64,000 nt of DNA, from contig CACFYR010000002.1 in assembly GCA_902570505.1 (NCBI GenBank), positions 1,540 to 65,539 of the forward strand, given 5' to 3'. The notes under the pieces were generated by a model that was given only the letters and a program-made list of their open reading frames with translations, had not been told where the DNA came from and ran no database searches. This stretch comes from an uncultured Pelagibacteraceae bacterium. Lineage in GTDB: Bacteria; Pseudomonadota; Alphaproteobacteria; Pelagibacterales; Pelagibacteraceae. Positions 1 to 9,505 of this stretch are shown in pieces; within the stretch, counting starts at the first letter, position 1; each line of letters begins with the position of its first letter. The translations under genes were made by a program, and so were the position numbers.

Positions 1-635
1 TTACCAGTAGTTTCGCCATTACCATTAACCAAATTAAATACACCAGGCGGGAATTTTGTTTCATCAATAATTTCAGCAAGTATCATTGAAGATAATGGAG
101 CAAGTTCTGATGGTTTTAAAACCATAGTACAACCTGCAGATAGAGCTGGCATAACTTTTAAACAAACTTGATTCATTGGCCAATTCCATGGAGTAATTAG
201 AGCACAAACACCTTTAGGTTCATATAATAATCTTTGATTGGGAGCATGTTCTCCTAAAGGCTTTTCAAAGTCAAAATTTTTTAAATATCTAATAAATGAT
301 TTCATGTGACTTGCCCCAGTTCCAGCTTGAAGTTTTGTTGCAAAGTCTTTTGGGGCACCCATTTCCATTGTAATTGCATTTGCAAAATCTGCCCATCTTT
401 TTTTATAATTCGAATATAAAGTCTCTAATAATTTTATTTTTTCTTCTTTGGAAGTAAACGCCCAATCATTAAAAGCATCTTTTGCCGATTTAACTGCTAC
501 ATTCACATCCTCTTTGCTACCAATTGAAATTACTGCGCAATTTTCCTCTGTAGATGGATTTATGACATTACAATCATAAGGTTTTATTGGATCTACCCAT
601 TCACCATTAATATAAAATTTTCTTTTATTTAGCAT
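1..635 (-). CDS. Aldehyde dehydrogenase family protein (5' part; runs off the window edge)
   Basis: Manual translation from ATG at 635: MLNKRKFYINGEWVDP...INPSTEE...GVCALITPWNWPMNQVCLKVMPALSAGCTMVLKPSELAP...FPPGVFNLVNG, which has the classic ALDH motifs. Not in the ORF track because it is truncated. Confidence 0.92.
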   Translation of the reverse strand, partial: MLNKRKFYINGEWVDPIKPYDCNVINPSTEENCAVISIGSKEDVNVAVKSAKDAFNDWAFTSKEEKIKLLETLYSNYKKRWADFANAITMEMGAPKDFATKLQAGTGASHMKSFIRYLKNFDFEKPLGEHAPNQRLLYEPKGVCALITPWNWPMNQVCLKVMPALSAGCTMVLKPSELAPLSSMILAEIIDETKFPPGVFNLVNGNGETTG

Positions 636-648
636 TATGAAAAATATC

Positions 649-1611
649 CTATCTTTTTCTTTTTGCAAACAAGTTTATAAGCTCATAGACAATAGTAGCT
701 GCAGCTAGAGAAGTAACTTCTGCATGATCATAAGCAGGTGAAACTTCTACCACATCTGCTGAAATTAAATTTAATCCTGATAGGCCTCGTAAAACATTAA
801 CCATCTCTCTGCTTGTCATTCCTGCTATTTCTGGAGTTCCTGTGCCTGGAGCAAATGCTGGATCTAAAACATCTATATCAATTGATAAATATAATGGATT
901 GTCGCCTACTCTTTCTTTAATTCTGTTTACAATTTTGTCTATGCCCTGAGATTGAAATTCATCACAATGAATAATTTTAAATCCAAAGTCTGCATCATTT
1001 TTTAAGTCATCTCTACTATATAAAGGTCCACGTATGCCTACGTGCATAGATGCATTATCGAGGAATAAATTTTCTTCTCTAGCTCTTCTAAAAGGTGTGC
1101 CATGAGTAAAAGGTGCACCAAAATACGTATCCCAAGTATCAAGATGAGCATCGAAATGTACTAAAGCTACAGGTCCATTAAATTTTTTGTTAACTGCTTT
1201 TAATAATGGAAATGCAATAGTATGATCTCCTCCAATACTAATCAACCCATCAACTTTATCTAGTAATTCGATTGCACTTTTTTCTATTTGTTTTATAGCC
1301 TCATCAATTTTAAAAGGGTTGCAAACAAAGTCACCTGCATCTGCAACTTGAAGAATTTTAAAAGGCTCTTCGTCATAATTAGGATGATAATTTGTTCTTA
1401 GATGTCTAGATGCTTGTCTAACACTTTGAGGACCAAATCTCGCCCCTGGTCTAAAGCTAGTTCCTGCATCAAAAGGAATACCAACAACAGCTATATCACA
1501 TTTATCTACGTCTCTGATTTCTGGCAATCGCGCGAAAGTAGAAGGGCCCGCAAATCTGGGAACTTTTGTTCCATCAAGTGGCTGTATTGTTTTTTTATTT
1601 TTATTAGTCAT
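649..1611 (-). CDS. speB: Agmatinase/guanidinobutyrase (ureohydrolase family)
   Basis: GGDHT, HFDAHLD, SIDIDVLDPAFAPGTGTPE metal-binding motifs; RPGARFGP. Exact substrate is uncertain. Confidence 0.85.
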   Translation of the reverse strand: MTNKNKKTIQPLDGTKVPRFAGPSTFARLPEIRDVDKCDIAVVGIPFDAGTSFRPGARFGPQSVRQASRHLRTNYHPNYDEEPFKILQVADAGDFVCNPFKIDEAIKQIEKSAIELLDKVDGLISIGGDHTIAFPLLKAVNKKFNGPVALVHFDAHLDTWDTYFGAPFTHGTPFRRAREENLFLDNASMHVGIRGPLYSRDDLKNDADFGFKIIHCDEFQSQGIDKIVNRIKERVGDNPLYLSIDIDVLDPAFAPGTGTPEIAGMTSREMVNVLRGLSGLNLISADVVEVSPAYDHAEVTSLAAATIVYELINLFAKRKR

Positions 1612-2212
1612 TATCGGTTAAACCTGCTCCTGCAGCAGAATTTTTTAAACTATCTGTTTCAGGAACGAATGTATCCTCAGAAAGCTTATACAATTCTTTC
1701 CATTCTGTATCTGTAAATAAATTTTTGTTTTCACCAAATTCAATTATTAGTTCTTTGGTATTTTTAAAATTATTACTTTTTTCAATGTTTGTAAGAATAG
1801 TTTTGTTACTATTAAGAATAAATTTCCCCTCATCTAAAATTGCTTGTATTGGTTTGTTGATAATTTCTGATGATCTACTTAAGAAAGGTATAATTAACAA
1901 AGGATAATTTATGTTTGAAAACTTGATTTTATTAAAATCTTCTAGCTGATTACAATTATCTAAAATGCTTACTCCAGTATATATTGGGCAAAGTTCCTCA
2001 TCGGATTGATTTATTTTTAAAATATTTTTTAATTTTTTTGGGTGTTTATTTTTTATTTTTTTAAGATATTGATTTAATGTAGATATTCCAGGTAAATTAA
2101 ACATTTCAAGAATTCTAACTGATTTTCCGATCTCTTCAGCTATCCCCCAAGAGTATCCTATTGCTTTTGAAGCACGTTTTGAAACAGTTTCTATTTCACT
2201 AAAAGACATCAT
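1604..2212 (-). CDS. DUF3726-like protein
   Basis: N-terminus SFSEIE..SKRASKAIGYSWGIAEE and C-terminus TFVPETDSLKNSAAGAGLTDND, typical of the DUF3726 family; overlaps the speB start. Confidence 0.7.
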   Translation of the reverse strand: MMSFSEIETVSKRASKAIGYSWGIAEEIGKSVRILEMFNLPGISTLNQYLKKIKNKHPKKLKNILKINQSDEELCPIYTGVSILDNCNQLEDFNKIKFSNINYPLLIIPFLSRSSEIINKPIQAILDEGKFILNSNKTILTNIEKSNNFKNTKELIIEFGENKNLFTDTEWKELYKLSEDTFVPETDSLKNSAAGAGLTDND

Positions 2213-2214
2213 AA

Positions 2215-3879
2215 CTAATTTATAGAATTATATATCCAAGTATCGTCTGAATTTTTTAATTCATTTACCAGTGGAGCTCCTTGATACATACAGATTCTTA
2301 ACCATTTGTCAGACCTTGGATCAAATTTTTGTGCACCAAAAAACGACAATTTAAGTCTTAACATATCTATGGGTATTAAAGATTCGCCAATGGTATTATC
2401 TTGAATTTCAGAATATTGAAATTTTTCAGAAATAAAAATTCTTCTTACTATATGTCTCAAATCATCGTTGTAAATTAAGAAATCAGCTACAGTTTTTAAT
2501 AAATTTTCATTCAAAATTTTTTCATATAATTTTTTAATATCTCTGGCTATTGCCAATGGTTGTTCAAGATCTGAACCATACTCGTCATATCTATTTGCTA
2601 TTCTTGGCTCCTCTTTATTCTTTGAAATAAACCAAAAATAAGTATTTGATTTTTTATTATTAAAATTAATATTTAAAATTAATTTGTATTTATTCTCAAT
2701 AATTTTTTTCAAATCTAATAATTTTCTACTTGAAGGTATATTAAAATATTTTTCCTCATCGGCACTCATATTTTTAACTAAAGGCTCAATTATTTTATCA
2801 TATGGTTCCATCATCATAGAAATTAAATATTCACTACATTCTTCGTCTAAATACTTTTCTATCCACAAATAAATTTCATTCCATAAGTATTTTTTATTTT
2901 TAAAATCTAACTTTGAAAAATATTCTTTAAATTTTATTAGATCATTCTTTAATGAATTAATCTTTTTATTTTGATAATTGCTATCAGTATTCCAATTATC
3001 AATATTTTTTTTTGATTTTTCTAAACATAATTTAAAATATTCAATTTCTTTTTTACTCACTAGCTCTATTGATCTGATTTCTTTAAGGGCTTTTTCTCGA
3101 TTATAAATCCATTGATGTAATAATGTTGGATGATTTACAATAAAAGGTGCCATACCTAGACCGGTAGAATTGCCAATACCTAAGTTTCTAGCAATTTTTT
3201 TATCAAGATTGACGAATTCATTTGGATTTTTCATCTTTGATATATGATTAATTTGATCAAAAGTAAACTGTCTCACCAAATATACTAACATCATTTCCAA
3301 TCTAAAGGGTCCACAAATTTCTTCTCTATCTTTAATTCGAAATCTATCAGCTAAGCCAAATTTACCTGACCCATAAACGGCAGTTGTTCTATACAAATAA
3401 CCTACCTTATTTATAAAGTTTATATCTGGTTGCTTGCCAGAACTTAAAGAATTTACAACATGATCAAAAATTCTTACAGATTTATTTGCCCTTGATAATG
3501 CCAGCTCTTTATTTGACATTCTGCCAATTTCTTGTTTGGGCACATTTTCTTTTAGTCTATCAATATCTTTTTTAGTAGGCACTCCATCGTGAAGTACAAA
3601 AGCAGCATCCCATTTAGTTGCTATTACTCTATCAGATCTTTCTTCATCGTTAATATGCTGGGAAAAACAAATTAGTGAATATACCCTTTTGTTTTTTCTT
3701 ACAGAGTAAACAGCAACCCCATAACCAGATTTATCTAAATCAAATATATCTCTATTAAATTCCCAGTTTTTGAACTCTCTGATAAAACTTCTTAAAAAAG
3801 ACAATTTAGATTGGTGAAATGAACCAAGTCTAGATAGTTTCATAACATTCTCAGGATTTCTTAATTCAATACTTAGCAT
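2215..3879 (-). CDS. Conserved hypothetical protein (554 aa) of the dipeptidase/DUF3726 gene cluster
   Basis: Long ORF with conserved-looking blocks (RSDRVIATKWD, GYLYRTTAVYGSGKFG, GIGNSTGLGMAPFIVNHP, KLSFFGAQKFDPRSDKW); TAATG-coupled to the upstream gene. Confidence 0.8.
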   Translation of the reverse strand: MLSIELRNPENVMKLSRLGSFHQSKLSFLRSFIREFKNWEFNRDIFDLDKSGYGVAVYSVRKNKRVYSLICFSQHINDEERSDRVIATKWDAAFVLHDGVPTKKDIDRLKENVPKQEIGRMSNKELALSRANKSVRIFDHVVNSLSSGKQPDINFINKVGYLYRTTAVYGSGKFGLADRFRIKDREEICGPFRLEMMLVYLVRQFTFDQINHISKMKNPNEFVNLDKKIARNLGIGNSTGLGMAPFIVNHPTLLHQWIYNREKALKEIRSIELVSKKEIEYFKLCLEKSKKNIDNWNTDSNYQNKKINSLKNDLIKFKEYFSKLDFKNKKYLWNEIYLWIEKYLDEECSEYLISMMMEPYDKIIEPLVKNMSADEEKYFNIPSSRKLLDLKKIIENKYKLILNINFNNKKSNTYFWFISKNKEEPRIANRYDEYGSDLEQPLAIARDIKKLYEKILNENLLKTVADFLIYNDDLRHIVRRIFISEKFQYSEIQDNTIGESLIPIDMLRLKLSFFGAQKFDPRSDKWLRICMYQGAPLVNELKNSDDTWIYNSIN

Positions 3880-4859
3880 TAATTTTTTATTCCTTTATAA
3901 AAATTGTACCAGTTATTACCTAAAATATCATTTGTCTCTTTTTCATTGAAACCAATATTTTTAAGACCCTTTTCTAAGTTTGCAAAACCACTTGCATCCA
4001 AAAACCAATCGGGTTGTTTGGGAAAACTAGAATTTTCTTTTGAACCTTCTCCATAATCTTTTGTTTTTGTCCACTTCCCGTTACGCATCCACTCAACGAC
4101 TGTGTCTGGATGACCCGTGCATAAATCAGAGCCAATTCCAATGTGTTTAACTCCTATAAGGTCTGCTGTTCTTGCTATCATTTCACAAAAGCTTTTTAAT
4201 GTACAATTCGATTTATCTTTTAAATGGTGTGGGTATAAAGAGTGTCCAATCATACCTCCAGATTCTGCTAAAGCTTTTAAAACAACATTAGATTTATTTC
4301 TTTTTGTTTCGAACCAAAAAGAGGGATTTGCATGTGTTATTGCAATTGGTTTTGTTGACAAATTAATTGCATCGATTGTAGATTTTTCAGCAGAATGCGA
4401 CATGTCGATAACAATTCCTAATCTATTCATTTCCTTGATCACTTCTTTGCCCATTCTTGTAACACCACTATCGGTATGTTCGTAACAGCCTGTGGCCAAC
4501 AAAGATTGATTATTATAAGTCAATTGCATAAATAAAATCCCTAATTCATGGATTTCTTCAACTAAGTTTATATTATCACCTATAGGAGAACAATTTTGGA
4601 GTCCAAAAAAAACAGCTGTTTTATTTTCTCTATGTGCCTTTTCAATGTCTTTAAAATTTTTACCTGGAAAAATTAAATCTCTAAAATCATTAAAATATTT
4701 ATTCCAAGTTTCAATATTTTTTAAGACCTCATCAAAGTCTTCGTGATAGGCAATTGTTACATGAATTGCATCAAGCTTTGCTTTTCGGTTTATTTTAAAT
4801 ATTTTCTCAGACCAATTACAATATTGTAAGTTATCAATTCTATAATTAATAGAATTCAT
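3879..4859 (-). CDS. Membrane (renal) dipeptidase family M19 amidohydrolase
   Basis: IDNLQY, QLTYNNQS, EMNRLGIVIDMSH, ITHANP, HIGIGSD, ILGNNW motifs. Confidence 0.88.
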   Translation of the reverse strand: MNSINYRIDNLQYCNWSEKIFKINRKAKLDAIHVTIAYHEDFDEVLKNIETWNKYFNDFRDLIFPGKNFKDIEKAHRENKTAVFFGLQNCSPIGDNINLVEEIHELGILFMQLTYNNQSLLATGCYEHTDSGVTRMGKEVIKEMNRLGIVIDMSHSAEKSTIDAINLSTKPIAITHANPSFWFETKRNKSNVVLKALAESGGMIGHSLYPHHLKDKSNCTLKSFCEMIARTADLIGVKHIGIGSDLCTGHPDTVVEWMRNGKWTKTKDYGEGSKENSSFPKQPDWFLDASGFANLEKGLKNIGFNEKETNDILGNNWYNFYKGIKN

Positions 4860-4866
4860 AAATAAT

Positions 4867-4980
4867 TTATTTTACTATTATTATTAGTAAAATTATCCAA
4901 GCGGCTGCATAGTAAAATGGCATTGCTTTTCTCCAAGAAAAAAGAATTTTTTCTGCAGATTTACTTCTACTTTTTTTCAT
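4867..4980 (-). CDS. Putative 37-aa small membrane protein (below the ORF-track cut-off)
   Basis: ATG at 4980 to TAA at 4867: MKKSRSKSAEKILFSWRKAMPFYYAAAWIILLIIIVK; basic N-terminus plus hydrophobic C-terminal helix; ends 7 nt before the dipeptidase ATG. Confidence 0.55.
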   Translation of the reverse strand: MKKSRSKSAEKILFSWRKAMPFYYAAAWIILLIIIVK

Positions 4981-5031
4981 ATTTATATTAATGTATCACA
5001 ATCTACAAATATCTAATAATAATTTTATTTT

Positions 5032-5775
5032 ATGAAACTTATAAAAATATTAATAATTGTTTTATTTTTCTCAACTAATGTCTTGGCTGATACAATTTAT
5101 TACTTATTGAGAATTCCAAACTTGGAAATGGTAAATTTTGAAAATAATAATCAAATTAAAACCTTTAAGGCCAAAAAATATTTTAAAGTCGGCATTAAAG
5201 ATAACAATGTAGAATGCTACAGTCCAAGTAATCTATTAGTCAAAGAAAAACAAAAATTGATTAGAGAAAACATAGATTTATATAGTAAAGTATTTTTAAA
5301 TAAAATTAACCTGAGATTTATAGTGCTATGTAAAGATTTAGAAGTAGCTTCGATACCTGCTTTAGGAATTCCAAATCACTCCTTAAAAACTATAATAATA
5401 AATATCAATACGGATAATTACAAGTTATCAAGAACTATACATCATGAAATTTTTCACATAATTAATGATCAATACAAAGAGTTGTTTGACCACGAAAAAT
5501 GGAAAAAATTCAATTCTGAAGACTTTAAATATGGGTCATGTTCTACTTGTGCAGACAAATTTGGTATGAAATTATTGAGAAAAAAAAAAGGTTTTTTATC
5601 AGAATATTCTCAGTCTACTGTAGGTGAGGATATGGCTGAAACATTTTCATTTTTAATGATTGAGAATTCAGAGTTAAGAATAAAATTACAAAACGACGAT
5701 AATTTAAAAAAAAAAATAAATTTCATAAAATCAAATATTCAATTAATTGACCAAAATTTTAAATTTATTTTATGA
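5032..5775 (+). CDS. Putative exported zinc-binding metallopeptidase (zincin-like)
   Basis: Signal-peptide-like N-terminus; HHEIFH (HExxH) and downstream YSQSTVGEDMAETF. Confidence 0.7.
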   Translation: MKLIKILIIVLFFSTNVLADTIYYLLRIPNLEMVNFENNNQIKTFKAKKYFKVGIKDNNVECYSPSNLLVKEKQKLIRENIDLYSKVFLNKINLRFIVLCKDLEVASIPALGIPNHSLKTIIININTDNYKLSRTIHHEIFHIINDQYKELFDHEKWKKFNSEDFKYGSCSTCADKFGMKLLRKKKGFLSEYSQSTVGEDMAETFSFLMIENSELRIKLQNDDNLKKKINFIKSNIQLIDQNFKFIL

Positions 5776-6425
5776 TTCATAAAATCAAACAATCTAGATC
5801 AGAAAAAATATTATTAATTTTTTTAATTTCTTTATTTATTTTTAGCTTAGGATCTTTTTTTATAATAAAAAATAAGTGTTTATTAATAAAAGATCATGAT
5901 CCAAAAAAAATAAAATTTGTTCATCCAGAAAATATTGCCATACTCAGAGCACCATGTGGTAATGTAATTATTGAATTATATCCAAATATATCTCCAAATT
6001 CTGTAAAAAGATTTAAAATGCTTATAGAAAGAAAGGAATATGATAATGTAGCTTTTCACAGGGTTATAAAAAATGTATTAGTTCAATCTGGTGACACTGA
6101 GTACGGTAAAAAGGAAAGTTTAAATTATGCGAAAATAGGAAATGGTAAGTCAAAATATGGAACTATAAATACGGAGACAGATAATAGCTTCGATTTTGGA
6201 AAAGGTACAGTTGCTATGGCTAGAACATATCAAAGAAACACAGAAGATACTCAATTTTTTATTTTATTAAAAGATGCTCCACTTTTTGAAGGAGAATATT
6301 CACCTGTTGGTAAAGTGAAATATGGATTAGATGTATTAACAAAAATAAAATACGACGATAAAACAGAATATATACTTAGGCCCGACTTCATAGAAACTTT
6401 TAGGATGTTAAAAAGTATTAATTAA
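5772..6425 (+). CDS. Membrane-anchored cyclophilin-type peptidyl-prolyl isomerase
   Basis: N-terminal TM segment; IELYPNISPNSV, YDNVAFHRVI, GTVAMAR, DTQFFI, VGKV motifs; ATGA overlap with the upstream gene. Confidence 0.85.
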   Translation: MIHKIKQSRSEKILLIFLISLFIFSLGSFFIIKNKCLLIKDHDPKKIKFVHPENIAILRAPCGNVIIELYPNISPNSVKRFKMLIERKEYDNVAFHRVIKNVLVQSGDTEYGKKESLNYAKIGNGKSKYGTINTETDNSFDFGKGTVAMARTYQRNTEDTQFFILLKDAPLFEGEYSPVGKVKYGLDVLTKIKYDDKTEYILRPDFIETFRMLKSIN

Positions 6426-8640
6426 ATAAAGGCTTACCTGTGGAAAGTGTATGATTAATTCGATCTTGTGTTTTTTTAGTCTCGATCAATCGCATAAAAG
6501 ACTCTAATTCTAGATTATATAAGTCATTTTCTGAAAGAGTTTTATCAATTGTCGTTTCACCACCACTAAGCACATTTGCTAATTCTGACCCAACCACCAT
6601 TCCATGATCTAATATAACTTTATCATTATATAATTTTTCAAGAACTTTTATCATTTTCTCTTTTAAAGATTTTCCTGATAATTTAAATTTACACTCCGTT
6701 ACTGGAGAAAAATTTTTGCTCTCATTAATTATTTTTAGCGCAGCAGGAAATAAACTGTTTCTGTTCATAATTTTCTTGTCGTATGGCATTAAATATTTTA
6801 GGGGTTCAGCCTCCACAGGTGATGTTGCTGTTTTGCCATATCCGATAATTTCAAAGACTTTCAATGGTGCAAAATCAGGGTCTTTAGTTGCCTCATCTGT
6901 TTGAGACCATCTCCAAAGCATTTCTTTACACCCACCGCCAGCAGGAACTAATCCAACCATTGTTTCAACTAACCCAACAACAATATTTGTATGTGAGGCT
7001 ACGAAATTACTTTGAACAAGAACTTCAAATCCTCCTCCTAAAGTAAGTCCTGAAGGAGCTGAAACTACCGGAAATTTTGAATATTTTAAATGTTTGCAAG
7101 TTTCTTGAAAGTATTTAATAAATTTTTCAACAGATTTTAAATCACCTTTATTTACAAAGTCCATTGTATAGGAAAGGTTAACTCCAGCTGAAAACTGCAT
7201 ACTTTCATTAATTATTATCAGCGGTTTATCAGTGGCATTTTTTAAACAGTCCATAGAATTATAATCAAGCGCATTAGCTTTAGTGGTAAATTCAACAATA
7301 TTATAATCTTTAAATCGGTAAATATTTGCCGATTTATTTTTATCAATTTTTAATGCAGATGGTTTTATTTTTCCTAGGGTTTCAATATCAGTATACAATT
7401 GTCTTTTTCCATAAAAATTTTCATCATTAGATTTTGTTAAATTTTCTAAAAATTTATTGTTTTTAATTTGACCTAGTCTTTCAAAAAAATTTTTTGGACC
7501 TATCTCGTTTAACATTTCAAATGGTCCCATTGCCCAGTTAAAACCTAATCTCATTGCTTCATCAATATCATTAAATTTATCTGTGATACCAGGTACTAAT
7601 GACGAGGCATATGTAATTATTTTTGAGATAACTGACCATGAATACTTTCCATATTTATCATCTCTATTAATTAGCCCAACTATATCAACAGTATCCATTT
7701 TTAAGTCAATTTTTTTAGATGGAAAATATTTTTCATTATCTAGGTTGATTGCTTCTAATACTTTGTCGTTATTTGATTTATTAATTCTATAAAATCCACC
7801 TTTACCTTTTCTTCCAGTGTACCCTTCATTTATTAATTTTGTTATTAGTGGAATTTCTTTTGCAACATTTTGAAAATCATCTGTATCTGGTAACTCTTTC
7901 TTAAAACTTTTTAATACATCAACCATTAAGTCAATTCCTATCAAATCATATAGGCCAAACACTCCAGTTTTAGGTATCCCCATTGGTCTCCCAAAAACTG
8001 CATCTGCTTCCTCTATTGACAACTTCATTTTTATAGCCTCTGTCATAGCAACTTGCATAGCGTAAACACCTATTCTATTTCCGAGAAATCCAGGTGTATC
8101 GTTACACACGATAGCCCCTTTGCCCAACTCTTTTTCACAAAAAATTTTTAAAGAATTAATTTTATTTAAATCATTATTTTCATTTTTAACAATCTCAAGT
8201 AAACCCATGTATCGCACAGGATTAAAGAAATGAGTAATACAAAAGTCTTTTTTCTCATTGTCTGACAGCTTTTCTGATAAAACTTTTATTGGTATTGATG
8301 AAGTGTTAGAAGATACTATCGCACCATCTTTTCGATTTTTAAATATTTTTGAATATATATCATGTTTTATATCTATTCTTTCAACAACTGCCTCTACAAT
8401 CCAATCTGCATCTTTGACGGTATCAAAATCATCATTAATATTTCCAACTTTAATATTATTTATTTTTGATTTATCTATGAGTAAAGGCGGTCTTGATTTA
8501 TGAATTCTCTCACGGGCTTTTTCACTTATTTCTGTTTTTAAATCTAAAAGTGTCACTGGAACATCTGCATTACACAAATGTGCCGCTATCCCACTTCCCA
8601 TAGTACCAGAGCCGATGACAACTACTTTTTTAATTTCCAT
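6418..8640 (-). CDS. 3-hydroxyacyl-CoA dehydrogenase / enoyl-CoA hydratase fusion
   Basis: GSGTMGSGIA NAD-binding motif, SSNTSSI, HFFNPVRYM, C-terminal crotonase (LGGGFE, GLVPAGGG). Confidence 0.92.
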   Translation of the reverse strand: MEIKKVVVIGSGTMGSGIAAHLCNADVPVTLLDLKTEISEKARERIHKSRPPLLIDKSKINNIKVGNINDDFDTVKDADWIVEAVVERIDIKHDIYSKIFKNRKDGAIVSSNTSSIPIKVLSEKLSDNEKKDFCITHFFNPVRYMGLLEIVKNENNDLNKINSLKIFCEKELGKGAIVCNDTPGFLGNRIGVYAMQVAMTEAIKMKLSIEEADAVFGRPMGIPKTGVFGLYDLIGIDLMVDVLKSFKKELPDTDDFQNVAKEIPLITKLINEGYTGRKGKGGFYRINKSNNDKVLEAINLDNEKYFPSKKIDLKMDTVDIVGLINRDDKYGKYSWSVISKIITYASSLVPGITDKFNDIDEAMRLGFNWAMGPFEMLNEIGPKNFFERLGQIKNNKFLENLTKSNDENFYGKRQLYTDIETLGKIKPSALKIDKNKSANIYRFKDYNIVEFTTKANALDYNSMDCLKNATDKPLIIINESMQFSAGVNLSYTMDFVNKGDLKSVEKFIKYFQETCKHLKYSKFPVVSAPSGLTLGGGFEVLVQSNFVASHTNIVVGLVETMVGLVPAGGGCKEMLWRWSQTDEATKDPDFAPLKVFEIIGYGKTATSPVEAEPLKYLMPYDKKIMNRNSLFPAALKIINESKNFSPVTECKFKLSGKSLKEKMIKVLEKLYNDKVILDHGMVVGSELANVLSGGETTIDKTLSENDLYNLELESFMRLIETKKTQDRINHTLSTGKPLFN

Positions 8641-8643
8641 TAT

Positions 8644-9503
8644 TTAATTGACGTTAATTCCTCTTATTCTTTCTGATCTTCTTCTTAATAATTCAGCTGT
8701 AACAAGAATTAAAGTTGAAAGTACAATTAAACATGTCGCAACTGCAAGGATTGTTGGGCTTAGTTGTTCTCTTAAGCCAGTCCACATTTGTATAGGTATT
8801 GTTGTATTTTCAAGACCAGCTAAGAATAATACAACTACAACTTCGTCAAAAGATGTCACAAATGCGAATAATCCCCCTGATATAACACCAGGCAATATTA
8901 ATGGTAATGTAATTTTCATAAATGTATTTACTGGATCGCTTCCAAGACTAGATGCTGCTCTAGTAACACTATGGTCAAATCCCGAGAGTGTTGCAGTGAC
9001 TGTTATAACCACAAATGGAGTTCCTAATATAATATGAGCCAAAACTATTCCCGTATGCGTAGCAGCTAATCCGACCTTTGCCATAAAGAAAAAGATTGCA
9101 ACACCAGATATAATTAATGGTACTATCATTGGTGAAATTAAAGTTGCCATTATCAAGCCTTTGTAAGGCATATGCCTACTACTCAAACCTAGTGCTGCCG
9201 TTGTTCCTAAAATAATAGATCCAAGAGTTGCAAAAATAGCAATTATAAAACTATTTTTAGCTGCAAGGCCCCAAGGATTTTTAGTTCCATAAACCATATC
9301 CTCGTACCATCTAAGAGAAAATGCATCAGGATCTAAACTTTTTCATTCCCTCTGAAAAAACTAAAAACTCCTCAGCATTAAAAGATAGAGGAAAAAATAA
9401 CAAATAATGGGGCAATTAAAAAAATAAATACTCCAGCACAAAATGTTAAGTAAATGTAATGCCATACTCGATATCTTATTTCTGTATATTTAGGTAAAGC
9501 CAT
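8644..9503 (-). CDS. potC: PotC-type ABC permease (one frameshift near 9340)
   Basis: True start ATG at 9503 (MALPKYTEIRYRVWH...). The frame breaks in an A5 run (ATG AAA A AGT TTA GAT CCT). The downstream part has FSLRWY, the EAA-like RAASSLGS and FVTSFDE. Confidence 0.85.
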
Positions 9504-9505
9504 AG

